The notes: generated by a model from the letters alone, not told the origin. 64,000 bases of DNA from Corallococcus interemptor (GCF_050270115.1 NZ_JBNNJP010000025.1); one strand, 5' to 3'. Shown: positions 1 through 8,530, numbered from the stretch's first letter. Made by a program: numbers and translations.

Positions 1-245
1 TTCTCCAGCGTCAGCGACTCATCCAGCGGCACCGCGCGCGTCTTGCGTCCAGGCCGCTGCACCACCACGCCCCGCGCCGCCAGCCGCCGCAGCGCTTCAC
101 GGATGGTGCCCCGGCAGACGTCATAGTGACGCGCCAGCTTCGCTTCCGAGCCGAACTGCCCGCTCGGGTGAATCCGTCCCAGCGCGATGTCGCGCTCAAT
201 CTGTGCTTCCACGTACGCCACGAGCCCGCCGTGCCCCATCCCCAT
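1..245 (-). CDS. GntR-family transcriptional regulator, N-terminal winged-HTH part (partial; the gene runs off the left edge of the window)
   Basis: Minus-strand translation from the ATG near 245 gives MGMGHGGLVAYVEAQIERDIALGRIHPSGQFGSEAKLARHYDVCRGTIREALRRLAARGVVVQRPGRKTRAV, a typical GntR HTH (PSErELAxxxGVSRxTVReALrxL). It is absent from the ORF track because there is no stop inside the window. Confidence 0.6.
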   Translation of the reverse strand, partial: MGMGHGGLVAYVEAQIERDIALGRIHPSGQFGSEAKLARHYDVCRGTIREALRRLAARGVVVQRPGRKTRAVPLDESLTLE

Positions 246-327
246 TCCCCCTCCTCGTCCCAGCATCGCCATCCAACCACAGGGGTCTGACATGGACGCG
301 TGAGCCCCCTTTCCGGAGCCGGACTGA

Positions 328-790
328 AAAAACCTGTCCGACTGTCGGACAGGTTTTTCGGCAACCGCCCCCGGGCGGGCGTCTCTGTCCGAGGCCTGGT
401 CCTGGCGTCCTCGCCCGCACGACATCGCGCACCACCGCTGCACCCTGCGAGGCGCGCGTCCCTGGTTTCATGCGGCGCGAACCTGTCGGACAACCGGACA
501 GGTTTTGAGGCAACTCCTCCCGGGAGGGTGCCGCTGGCCGTCGTCCTGGCCTGGCATCCGTACGAGGCGAGCGTCCTTGGTTTCATGCGGCGTGCTCTTG
601 TCCGACTGCCGGACAGGTTTTGAGGGAACCCCACCGGTGCGGGCGCCTCTGCGCATGACCCGAGCCCTGGTGTCCGCTCGATTCGGCGAAACCTGCTTGT
701 TGGTCGGACAGGTTCTGATCCATCGCACCCGGTGCAATCCCATCGTTTTGATGAAAGCCTGTCCGACTGCCGGACGGTTTGGGATTTGCG
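328..790. repeat. Five copies of a ~27-31 bp palindromic repeat (consensus about aaCCTGTCCGACtGcCGGACAGGTTTT) in the GntR-proC intergenic region; copies 2 and 3 share a longer ~60 bp unit
   Basis: Copy 1 at about 328-358 is a perfect 15-bp-arm palindrome (AAAAACCTGTCCGAC-T-GTCGGACAGGTTTTT). The other copies are near 480-505, 594-620, 690-716 and 760-786. The short track ORFs in this region (203..508, 300..623, 468..743, 505..1011) are artefacts of reading through the repeats. Confidence 0.7.
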
Positions 791-877
791 CCCTCGGAAC
801 GTGGCGCCGCTTGGGTACCGTTGTGCTCCACCTGGCTTGGGCAACGGATGGTGGCCTCCTGAGGGTAGGATTCAGGG

Positions 878-1729
878 ATGGCGCTCCATCCCGTTCCCTC
901 CCCTGTCGCCCTGCTGGGTGGCGGCAAGATTGCCGAAGCCCTGATCCAGGGACTGCTGCGCTCCGGCCTCGTGCGTCCTTCGGACATTCGCGTCACCGTG
1001 CGCCGGTCTGAACGCGGAGAGGCGCTGCGCTCCCGGCACGGCGTGCACGTCCTCATGGACAACGCGCAGGCGGTGCGCGGCGCGGGAGTGGTCCTGCTGG
1101 CGGTGCGGCAGGCTCAACTGCGGGACCTGATGGCCGTCATCTCGCCGGCCCTGGCGCCCGGGCAGGCCGTGGTGTCGCTCTCCGCGGATGTCCGGTTTGC
1201 ACAATTGGAGGCGGCACTGCCTTCCTTTGTTTCAGTCATTCGCGCCATGCCCCACACGCCCGTGCGCGTGGGCGCGGGTGTGACGCCGCTGACCGCTGGA
1301 ACCCGGGTGACGGAGGCAGCGAAGCGCGCAGCGGAGTCTGTCTTCGCCGCGACGGGACAGCCGCTGTGGATGTCCGAAGAAGCCCTGACCGTGTGCACGG
1401 GCGTGTCCTGCACGGGCCCCGCGTATGTCTTTCGATTCGTCGAGGCCCTGGCCCAGGCCGCGGTGGCGCATGGAATGGACGCGGCGGAGGCGGCGGCGCT
1501 CGCCAAGGGCACGCTCATTGGCGCGGCGAAACTGCTGGCCGAACCTGATGCCGCGACGCCTCGCCTCATCGCGGAGATCGCCACCCCGGGCGGCATCACC
1601 GAAGCGGGGTTGCTGTCGATGGAAGCCGAAGGACTTCCCCGCGTCGTGGGCGAGGCGGTCTCCGTCGCCATCCAACGCACACGCGAGCGCGCGGACGCGA
1701 ACGCCGCCGCCTACAGCACGCCGAAGTGA
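878..1729 (+). CDS. proC: Pyrroline-5-carboxylate reductase
   Basis: N-terminal Rossmann segment LLGGGKIAEALIQGLLRSG and the conserved ProC C-terminal motif ATPGGITEAGL. ATG at 878, 283 aa. Confidence 0.85.
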   Translation: MALHPVPSPVALLGGGKIAEALIQGLLRSGLVRPSDIRVTVRRSERGEALRSRHGVHVLMDNAQAVRGAGVVLLAVRQAQLRDLMAVISPALAPGQAVVSLSADVRFAQLEAALPSFVSVIRAMPHTPVRVGAGVTPLTAGTRVTEAAKRAAESVFAATGQPLWMSEEALTVCTGVSCTGPAYVFRFVEALAQAAVAHGMDAAEAAALAKGTLIGAAKLLAEPDAATPRLIAEIATPGGITEAGLLSMEAEGLPRVVGEAVSVAIQRTRERADANAAAYSTPK

Positions 1730-2394
1730 CGCTTGAGCCCCCGCTGGCCTCCGGGCGTGACGATGAGGCCTCGGGAGTCGGGCTGACGCTCCACCCAGCC
1801 CAGTGAGAACACCCGGGCGGCGAGCGCCGCTCCCAGTGCTCCCGCGAGGTGATCGCGCCGCTCGCTCCAGTCCAGACACCGGTGGGCGAAGTGGCGCCGC
1901 TGTTCGCGCACGGACGCCAGGTCGATGCCGAAGTCCTGGCACCACGCCTCGCCGCTGGGGGTCAGCACGAACGCGCGTCGGCGCAGGGAGAGGTGGCCAG
2001 ACCGGAGGAGCGCGTCGGTGATGCCCATGCCCAGCCGGCCCGCCAGATGGTCGTAGCAATAGCGCGCGGCCCGCAGGGGCTCGGGGGCCGCTGACGCTCG
2101 GGGGCCCCGGACCGCCACGGTCATCAGCGCTTCCACCATCCGCGCCACGGTGGGCGTCGCGAGCCGGAACACCTTGTTGCGCCCCTGCCGGGTGGCGCGA
2201 ATCAGCCGCGCCTGCTCCAGACGCTGGAGGTGCGCGGTCGCCGTCGCGGGACTGACGCCCGTGCCGAACGCGAGCTCCTTGGCGACGAGCGCCCGCCCCT
2301 CCATGAGGAGCTCCAGCATCCGGATCCGCGTGGCGTCCCCCACGGCTCCAGCCAGCGTCGTGAGGTCCGGCCCTGCATTCATCGTTCGCTCCAT
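1711..2394 (-). CDS. ArsR/SmtB-family transcriptional regulator
   Basis: HTH segment ATRIRMLELLMEGRALVAKELAFGTGVSPATATAHLQRLEQARLIRATRQGRNKVFRLA. The track ORF (426 aa) extends upstream with Arg/Pro-rich non-protein-like sequence, so I place the start at the internal MERTMNAGPD. The gene is divergent from the P450 and its 3' end overlaps proC by 19 nt (convergent). Confidence 0.7.
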   Translation of the reverse strand: MERTMNAGPDLTTLAGAVGDATRIRMLELLMEGRALVAKELAFGTGVSPATATAHLQRLEQARLIRATRQGRNKVFRLATPTVARMVEALMTVAVRGPRASAAPEPLRAARYCYDHLAGRLGMGITDALLRSGHLSLRRRAFVLTPSGEAWCQDFGIDLASVREQRRHFAHRCLDWSERRDHLAGALGAALAARVFSLGWVERQPDSRGLIVTPGGQRGLKRHFGVL

Positions 2395-2419
2395 GACGAA
2401 CCATTTTCTAGCACACCTC

Positions 2420-2431
2420 GCCAGCTCTGGC
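2420..2431. promoter_or_regulatory. 12-bp palindrome GCCAGCTCTGGC in the ArsR/P450 divergent region (candidate operator)
   Basis: A perfect inverted repeat between the divergent starts at 2394 and 2458. Confidence 0.25.
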
Positions 2432-2457
2432 GGCAGAGTGCCCCGCGACGAGGACCG

Positions 2458-3576
2458 ATGACACCGCCCACCGACCCGTACCAGGCCGTCACCCACCCCG
2501 ACCCGTACCCGTACTACGCGCAGCTTCGCGCCCGGGGCGGACTGCACCGCATCCCCGGCTTCGGCCCCTGGATCGCGGCGGATGCGGCCACCGTTCGCGC
2601 CGTGCTTTCCAGCGAGCATGGCCGCGTCCGGCCCCGCGCGGAGCCGGTGCCTCCGCACCTGGTGGGCACCGCCGCCGGGGGGCTGTTTGGACGGCTGGTG
2701 CGGATGAACGACGGCGGCCCCTTCCCTGCCGTGAAGGAGACCCTGTCGCGCACGCTGACGGAGGCGCTGCGGGAGGTGCGGGTGGAGAGCCATCGCCAGG
2801 CGGCCCGGCTGTTCGCGAAGCCGTCGCTGTCTCGGCTGCCAGACGCGGCGCTCCAACTCCCCGTGCTCGTGCTGGGGTCTCTGCTGGGCTTCCCGGAAGA
2901 CACCCTGGAAGCGAGCGTGCAGGACGTGGAGGCCTATGTCCGCTCGGTCGCCGGCCCACCTGTGCGCAGCGAAGGCGCGGCGAGGCTGCACGCGCGCGTG
3001 GCGGACTGCTTCCGGTCAACCGCTCGGACTGCGTTCACGGCCGGGCTCATGGGAGGCCCTGGTCCAGAGGAGCTGCGCGTCCCCAACGCCGTGGGCCTGC
3101 TCACCCAGGCCTATGAAGCGACGGCCGGGCTCCTGGGAGCGACGCTGCGGGCCTTCGCTCGTGAGCCCTCGCTGCGGGAACAGGTCTCACGGGGCGAGTG
3201 CACGCTCGATAACGTGGTCCAGGAAGCGGCCCGGCACGACGCCCCGGTCCAGAACACGCGGCGCTTCACCCACTCGGCCGCGACGGTCGCGGGCGTCGAG
3301 TTGGAAGCAGGAGCGACCGTGGTCGTCGTGCTCGCCGCCGCGAACCGGGATCCCCTGGTGAATCCCCAGCCCGACGCCTTCCTGCCACGCCGTGCGGGCC
3401 GGCAGACCTTCACCTTCGGCCTGGGCGCGCATGCCTGTCCCGGGCCGCTGGTGGCGACGGCGATGGCGTCGGCGGCGGCGGCACGGGTGCTCGCGAGCGG
3501 CCTGGACCTGACGCCGCTGGCGGGCCCCGTCACCTGGCGTGCTTCCACCAACACCCGCGTCCTGGGAGGACCGTGA
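2458..3576 (+). CDS. Cytochrome P450
   Basis: Heme-thiolate loop FTFGLGAHACPG (FxxGxHxCxG) and a P450-like N-terminus PYPYYAQLRARGGLHRIPGFGPWIAAD. 372 aa from the ATG at 2458; the track ORF start at 2230 lies in the antisense of the ArsR gene. Confidence 0.85.
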   Translation: MTPPTDPYQAVTHPDPYPYYAQLRARGGLHRIPGFGPWIAADAATVRAVLSSEHGRVRPRAEPVPPHLVGTAAGGLFGRLVRMNDGGPFPAVKETLSRTLTEALREVRVESHRQAARLFAKPSLSRLPDAALQLPVLVLGSLLGFPEDTLEASVQDVEAYVRSVAGPPVRSEGAARLHARVADCFRSTARTAFTAGLMGGPGPEELRVPNAVGLLTQAYEATAGLLGATLRAFAREPSLREQVSRGECTLDNVVQEAARHDAPVQNTRRFTHSAATVAGVELEAGATVVVVLAAANRDPLVNPQPDAFLPRRAGRQTFTFGLGAHACPGPLVATAMASAAAARVLASGLDLTPLAGPVTWRASTNTRVLGGP

Positions 3577-3920
3577 TGATCGCTGTCATCTTCGAAGTCT
3601 GGGCACACGACGAGCACCGGCAGCGATACCTGGACCTCGCCGCGGAGCTTCGGCCCCTGCTGGCGGACATCGACGGGTTCATCTCCATCGAGCGGTTCCA
3701 GAGCCTCGGCACTCCCGGCAAGCTGCTGTCCCTGTCGTACTGGCGCGACGAGGCGGCGGTGGCCGAGTGGCGGCGCCTGGAGGCCCACCGGGACGCGCAG
3801 CGCGAAGGACGGGCGGGCGTGTTCAAGGACTACCGCCTGCGCGTGGCGCACGTGGTGAGGGATTACGGCATGGACGACCGGGCGGCCGTGCCCGCCGACA
3901 GCCGCACCGTGCACGGCTGA
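3573..3920 (+). CDS. Antibiotic-biosynthesis-monooxygenase (ABM/Dabb) family protein
   Basis: MIAVIFEVWAHDEHRQRYLDLAAELRPLLADIDGFISIERFQS...LSLSYWRDEAAVAEWR is a typical ABM ferredoxin-like fold signature. Its start (GTGATGA) overlaps the P450 stop, indicating an operon. Confidence 0.7.
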   Translation: MMIAVIFEVWAHDEHRQRYLDLAAELRPLLADIDGFISIERFQSLGTPGKLLSLSYWRDEAAVAEWRRLEAHRDAQREGRAGVFKDYRLRVAHVVRDYGMDDRAAVPADSRTVHG

Positions 3921-4003
3921 CGCGGTTGACGCACGTTGGCTGTCCTCCCGCCCGTCCCTCCCATGCGACCCATGACTCCCCTACCTTCCGTGGGGGGTGC
4001 ACG

Positions 4004-4402
4004 ATGAAGCGAGGCCATTGGAGAGGATGCTGGGGGCTGGCTGCCGCGCTGCTCGGGTTTCCGGCAGTGGCGCAGATGGAGGGTCCGCCCCAGGGCGCGC
4101 CGCAGTTCTCCTGCTTCGAGGCGGCGCGCGAGGGCAGCGGAGTGAGCGAAAGCGTCGCGGCCCAGCTCTGCCAGGGTGCCCGCTCCGACACCCCGGCGCG
4201 GTGCTTCCTCCGGGTCCAGGAGAATGGGTTCCTCTCGGAGCCTCAAGCGCTCCAGCTCTGCCAGTACGCGGAGCCCTCGGATGATCCCGCGTCGTGCTTC
4301 CTCAAGGCGCGGGCCTCCTCGTTCCTGGACGAGACACAGCTGCTCCAGCTCTGCCGCCCGCCCATCGCGGAGACGATGCAGCTGTGTCCCTATGGTCCTT
4401 GA
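4004..4402 (+). CDS. Small secreted Cys-rich protein with three tandem ~33-aa repeats (CFxxxxxxxFLSExQxLQLC)
   Basis: Signal peptide MKRGHWRGCWGLAAALLGFPAVAQ followed by three repeats (…SCFEAAREGSGVSESVAAQLCQ / RCFLRVQENGFLSEPQALQLCQ / SCFLKARASSFLDETQLLQLCR). The N-terminal 155 aa of the track ORF 3539..4402 are Arg/Pro-rich and non-coding-like. Confidence 0.5.
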   Translation: MKRGHWRGCWGLAAALLGFPAVAQMEGPPQGAPQFSCFEAAREGSGVSESVAAQLCQGARSDTPARCFLRVQENGFLSEPQALQLCQYAEPSDDPASCFLKARASSFLDETQLLQLCRPPIAETMQLCPYGP

Positions 4403-4420
4403 GGCCTCGGGCCCGTGGGC

Positions 4421-7105
4421 TCACCGGGTGCCGAGGAACGCCTTGATGCTCGGGGCCTGGAGCTTCTGGGACTCGATGCACAGCCGGATGGACTCCACGG
4501 CCCGGGCCAGCGCGCGCGGACCACCTTCAATCCTGTCCACGCGGGGCGTGAGGAACGTCTCCACCTGCGCCAGGTTGAGGTCGTCGCAGAGGCTCCCCGT
4601 CTGGCCAATCAGCCGGCCCAGCTCATCCGAACGCAGCCGCTGGGTCAGCGCGTCGAAGTGCGTCTGGTAGAAGCTCCATGCAAGGGATTGCGACTCCGGC
4701 GACATCAACGCCATCCGGAGGATGACCTGCGAGTCGCGCACGTCGAAGTCCGGCGACACCACGAGCCCCAGCGCCCGCCACAGCAGGTCCGGGTTCCGGA
4801 AATACGCCAGGGACGTCAGCAGCCGGGAACGCTCGGTGCGGTCCTGCTCCTTCTTCGCGGCCGCCAGCAGCGCGTCGAACAGCGCCGCGTCACCGTGCGT
4901 GGCCGCTCTGGGCAGCGCGGCGCTGAACGCCTCCGGATCCACCGACCTCCGGTCCGCCAGCCATGCGCGCACCAGGGGCAGCGCCTCCTTCGCCAGCCGG
5001 GGATCATCCCCCAGACCGCCGGCCAGCCTGAGAAAGAGCGAGCGCGAGTCCTTCACGGAGTCGTCCTCGCCCGGCTTCGGCACCCAGCCCATGGCCCGAG
5101 CACGCGCCGAGTAGAGCGACGCCACCCACGTACGGAAGCGCTGGCGCTCCTCGGGCGTGAGCTGATCCAGCCGCACGAGCTCCAGCAGGGACGCACCGCT
5201 CTGCACCACGAGCCGGTTCGGCGACTTCGCGGAGGCGGGCACCGCCTTCAGCGCCTCGCCCAGCGGCAGGTCGCCCCGGGTCACCGCCGCGTTCACGTCC
5301 GCCCAGAGCGCCACCTGCTCCGCGGGCGTGAAGGCGGCGGCCGGGGTCGCGAGCAGCTTCGTCAGCTGCTCGCGGGTGTAGCCGGCGCGGTAGTAACCCG
5401 CGCCGCCCGCGTTGAGCAGCACCCACGCCGGGCACTGCTTCGTGGGCAGCGCGACCTCCGCGGAAGGCCCCTGCAGCATCGAGCACACCCGCGACGACTG
5501 CGTGCCCGTGCCCACGCGAAGACACACGGGCACCTGCCACTCCTGCCGCGCGTCCGCCTTGGACCCCACGGGCAGGTAACGCTCCTGCGACAGCTTCACG
5601 GACGGAGCGCCGCCCGCCGGGCACGACAGCTGCGCGGTGATCCGAGGCGCCCCAGTGCGCTGGATGAACCCGCCAAAGGATTGCGCTACCTCCGGCCCCG
5701 CTGCCTGGCCCAGGTCCGCGAGGAAGTCCTCCGTGGTCGCGACCTTCCACGCGTGCTTGCGGACATAGCCCCGGAGGATGTCGCGGAAGCGCTCCGGCCC
5801 CAGCCACGACTCGTACATGGCGATGACGGACGAGCCCTTGTCATACGTCGTCCCGTTGTCGAACGAGCCCACGATGTCGTCATTGCTCTCCACCGGCTTG
5901 CGCACGGGCAGCGCCGACTCCAGTTCATCCGATGCCAGCGCGGAGCGGGTCGCGGACATGGCGCGCTCCTGCTGGAAGTCCCAGGACGGCTCCAGCCGGT
6001 TCACCGTCTGCCGGTCCAACCAGGCGGTGAAGGACTCGTTCAGCCAGATGTCGTTCCACCACGAGCAGGTGACCACGTCGCCGAACCAGTAGTGCCCCAG
6101 CTCATGGTTGGCGATGACCGCGTAGGCCTTGCGGCGGGCCAGCGTCTCCTCACCGGGCGGGATGAGCGTGAGTGGCTGGCCGAGCGCGACGATGCCCGGG
6201 TGCTCCATGGTGCCCCAGTAGCGGGGCACCACCGCCACATCCAGCTTCTCGTACGGGTACGGCTGGTCGAAGAAGTCCTCCAGCCCCTTCACGATGCGCG
6301 GCGTGATGCTCGCGGCGTAGCGCGTCTCCGCGCCGCGTCCCTTGGGGACGATGAAGCGCAGCGGCACGTTCGTGCGGCCCACGGTGCCGGCCTCCACCAC
6401 GTCGAACGGCCCCACCATGAAGGCCACGAGGTAGCTGGGCATGGGCTTGCTCTCAGCGAAGGTGACGCGCTCCAGGCCGTCCGCCAGCGGCTCGCGGGAC
6501 ACGACGGGATGGTTGGCCAGCGCCACGTGTCCGGCCTTCACGGTGAAGCGCAGGCGCCACGGCACCTTGAAGGTCGGCTCGTCGAAGCACGGGAAGGCGC
6601 GGCGCGCGTCGATGGGCTCGAAGAAGGTGTAGAGGTAGGGCTCGCCGCCCTCCGCGACGCCGTAGAGGCCCTGGCTGCGCTCGCGGTCCACCTTGCCGGT
6701 GAAGTCCAGGACGAGCTGGGCCTTGCCCACGGGCAGCTCCTCCGGGAGCAGCAATCCCAGACGCCCTTCCGTCGCCGTGACAGGCTTCGCGTCGAACGTG
6801 CGGCCATTCACGGTGACGCGCGCCCGCGTCACGTCCAGGTCCTGCGCGTGCAGCCACACCTGGCGCACCGGCTCGCGGACCTCCACGTCGATGGTGACAC
6901 TGCCCGGGTACGTGTCCTCTGAAGGCACGAGCTTCAGGTCCAGCGCGTAGTGCACGGGCCGCACGGTGTCCGGCAGCCGCAGCGCGGGAGGCAGCGCCTC
7001 CGGCCACGACACGGCGGGCGGCGCGGAGGCAGGCGGTGCGGCCTCTGGCGCGTGGGCACAGCGGACGGTCAACACCACCAGGACAAGGAGTGGGAGCAGT
7101 CGCAT
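4421..7105 (-). CDS. Secreted M1-family aminopeptidase N-like zinc metallopeptidase
   Basis: Signal peptide MRLLPLLVLVVLTVRCAHA, zinc site HELGHYWFGD (HExxH), GTMEHPG (GAMEN-like exopeptidase motif), and a C-terminal ERAP1-like helical domain. 894 aa. Confidence 0.9.
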   Translation of the reverse strand: MRLLPLLVLVVLTVRCAHAPEAAPPASAPPAVSWPEALPPALRLPDTVRPVHYALDLKLVPSEDTYPGSVTIDVEVREPVRQVWLHAQDLDVTRARVTVNGRTFDAKPVTATEGRLGLLLPEELPVGKAQLVLDFTGKVDRERSQGLYGVAEGGEPYLYTFFEPIDARRAFPCFDEPTFKVPWRLRFTVKAGHVALANHPVVSREPLADGLERVTFAESKPMPSYLVAFMVGPFDVVEAGTVGRTNVPLRFIVPKGRGAETRYAASITPRIVKGLEDFFDQPYPYEKLDVAVVPRYWGTMEHPGIVALGQPLTLIPPGEETLARRKAYAVIANHELGHYWFGDVVTCSWWNDIWLNESFTAWLDRQTVNRLEPSWDFQQERAMSATRSALASDELESALPVRKPVESNDDIVGSFDNGTTYDKGSSVIAMYESWLGPERFRDILRGYVRKHAWKVATTEDFLADLGQAAGPEVAQSFGGFIQRTGAPRITAQLSCPAGGAPSVKLSQERYLPVGSKADARQEWQVPVCLRVGTGTQSSRVCSMLQGPSAEVALPTKQCPAWVLLNAGGAGYYRAGYTREQLTKLLATPAAAFTPAEQVALWADVNAAVTRGDLPLGEALKAVPASAKSPNRLVVQSGASLLELVRLDQLTPEERQRFRTWVASLYSARARAMGWVPKPGEDDSVKDSRSLFLRLAGGLGDDPRLAKEALPLVRAWLADRRSVDPEAFSAALPRAATHGDAALFDALLAAAKKEQDRTERSRLLTSLAYFRNPDLLWRALGLVVSPDFDVRDSQVILRMALMSPESQSLAWSFYQTHFDALTQRLRSDELGRLIGQTGSLCDDLNLAQVETFLTPRVDRIEGGPRALARAVESIRLCIESQKLQAPSIKAFLGTR

Positions 7106-7280
7106 GGGAGCGCAGCGTAGAAGTCGCCCCGGATTCTCGCGAGCCCCAGTTCGCGAAGCTGTGCGTTAACGGAACCACCGCCAGGCAGCCGATACGTCTC
7201 AGCTCGCGAAACAGTGCTTTCAGAACCGGGAGCCGCTACGGTCCTGTTTCCCCCGCATCAGCTACAAGCCGAGGAAAAAC

Positions 7281-8171
7281 ATGTCTCGTCGCAGCAGCGG
7301 CCTCCCCTCCCTTTTCGTCTCCCTGCTCTTCGTCGTGGGCTTCGCGTCTACCGCCAACGCTGACACCTACCAGACCTATGTGACGCCCAAGGTCAATGGC
7401 TATCAGATTGGAACCTATCTCCCCAACCAGCCCGCCGGGAACTTCAGCAGTGCCGCCGACACGGCCCGCCGCTTCTGTCAGGACCAGGGCCACAGCGGGG
7501 CGCAGAGCTTCACCACCGCCCTGCGCAGCGTCGCGTATACGTACATCGTTGGCACCAATGGCGTGGGCCCCTGGAACACCACCGGCAACGCCAACGTGAC
7601 GATGATCGAGACCGTCACCTGCTTCAACTCCAGCTCCGACACCACGTACACGGCGCCCACGGTCAACAGCTACCAGGTGGGCACCGTTCAGCCCAGTCAG
7701 CCGGCCGGCAACTACAGCACGCCCGCCGACACCGCGCGCCGCTTCTGCCAGGACCGGGGCCACACGGGAGCCCGTAGCTTCACCTCGGCCATCCGGGGCT
7801 CCGCGTACACGTACATCGTCGGGGCGAACGGCGTCGGCCCCTGGAACACCACGGGCAACTCCAACGTGACCATGCTGGAGACCATCACCTGCTTCGACGG
7901 AACGGTCCTCACGTACACGACGCCCATCGTCAACGGCTACCAGGTGGGCACCATCCAGCCCAATTACCCCACGGGCAACTACAGCACCCCGGTGGACACC
8001 GCCCGCCGTTTCTGCCGCGATCTCAACCACGTGGACGTGGGCAGCTTCACCACCGCCATCCGCGGCTCTGCTTACACGTACATCGTTGGCGCCAATGGCG
8101 TGGGCAACTGGAACACCACCGGCAACTCCAACGTGACGATGCTCGAGACCATCACCTGCATCACCCAGTAG
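7281..8171 (+). CDS. Secreted protein built of three tandem ~86-aa repeats, unknown function
   Basis: Signal peptide MSRRSSGLPSLFVSLLFVVGFASTANA. The motif PxVNGYQ(I/V)GTxxPxQPAGNxSxxADTARRFCQDxGHxGAxSFTxAxRxxAYTYIVGxNGVGPWNTTGNxNVTM(I/L)ET(V/I)TCF occurs three times, plus a partial fourth. Shine-Dalgarno GAGGAAAAAC lies upstream. Confidence 0.65.
   Translation: MSRRSSGLPSLFVSLLFVVGFASTANADTYQTYVTPKVNGYQIGTYLPNQPAGNFSSAADTARRFCQDQGHSGAQSFTTALRSVAYTYIVGTNGVGPWNTTGNANVTMIETVTCFNSSSDTTYTAPTVNSYQVGTVQPSQPAGNYSTPADTARRFCQDRGHTGARSFTSAIRGSAYTYIVGANGVGPWNTTGNSNVTMLETITCFDGTVLTYTTPIVNGYQVGTIQPNYPTGNYSTPVDTARRFCRDLNHVDVGSFTTAIRGSAYTYIVGANGVGNWNTTGNSNVTMLETITCITQ
7368..8165 (+). repeat. 3.1 x ~258-bp in-frame tandem repeats inside CDS 7281..8171
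   Basis: DNA and protein periodicity is visible in the translation; each unit has two conserved Cys. Confidence 0.6.
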
Positions 8172-8195
8172 CGGGGAAACCGCAGGGTGTTAACG

Positions 8196-8230
8196 GCCTG
8201 TCGACAGGACCCACTGTCCCGGTTTTTCTT
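8196..8230 (+). terminator. Putative intrinsic terminator after the repeat-protein gene
   Basis: Stem GACAGG…CTGTC followed by CCGGTTTTTCTTT immediately after the TAG at 8169-8171. Confidence 0.4.
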
Positions 8231-8236
8231 TCCGCC

Positions 8237-8530
8237 TTGATTGTCGCTGTCCGTGCTGTCACGGCCTGCAACATCGCCTCCTTCACCTCGGCTGCCTTGC
8301 CCGCGGGCGGCGCGTACGGCAACTGCGCGCTCACCGTCACCGTGAAGGATCCGAATGGCGGCCAGACGCACCCTGCGCATCTGCTTGGGCGACGGCGCGA
8401 CCACCTATGCACGGTCCAACCACCGCGGTGCTGCTGCCCGAAGGCAAGGTGCTCTTCATCGGCGGCTATGACCGGGCCCCCCAGAGGCGTCAACGCCGTT
8501 CTCGCTATACGCCCGCGAGCCCCTGAAGCT
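8237..8530 (+). pseudogene. Possible remnant of a kelch/galactose-oxidase-like beta-propeller gene (frameshifted fragment)
   Basis: One frame reads ...CNIASFTSAALPAGGAYGNCALTVTVKDPNGGQT. A second frame reads ...TAVLLPEGKVLFIGGYDRAP, which resembles the kelch blade motif (hxhhL-DGkVhhhGG). There is no intact ORF; the region lies between a terminator and the SDR gene. Confidence 0.25.

Noticed and set aside
328-790. CRISPR array
   Set aside because: Repeats are palindromic and variable in sequence, spacers are irregular (70-160 bp), and no cas genes are present.
11-844. 277-aa minus-strand ORF and other short ORFs spanning 196..1062
   Set aside because: They run through the palindromic repeat array; repeated peptide fragments (KTCPTVGQVF, PVRLSDRF) arise from the repeats themselves. 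The actual GntR frame to the left is a different frame that leaves the window.
3539-4003. N-terminal 155 aa of track ORF 3539..4402
   Set aside because: Arg/Pro/Gly-rich, overlaps the ABM gene in another frame; only the portion from the ATG at 4004 (signal peptide plus Cys repeats) looks like protein.
4403-4437. Terminator hairpin between the Cys-repeat protein gene and the aminopeptidase N gene
   Set aside because: The stem (CCTCGGGCCCG…CCGGGTGCCGAGG) is imperfect and overlaps the last codons of the aminopeptidase gene; too uncertain to call as a feature.
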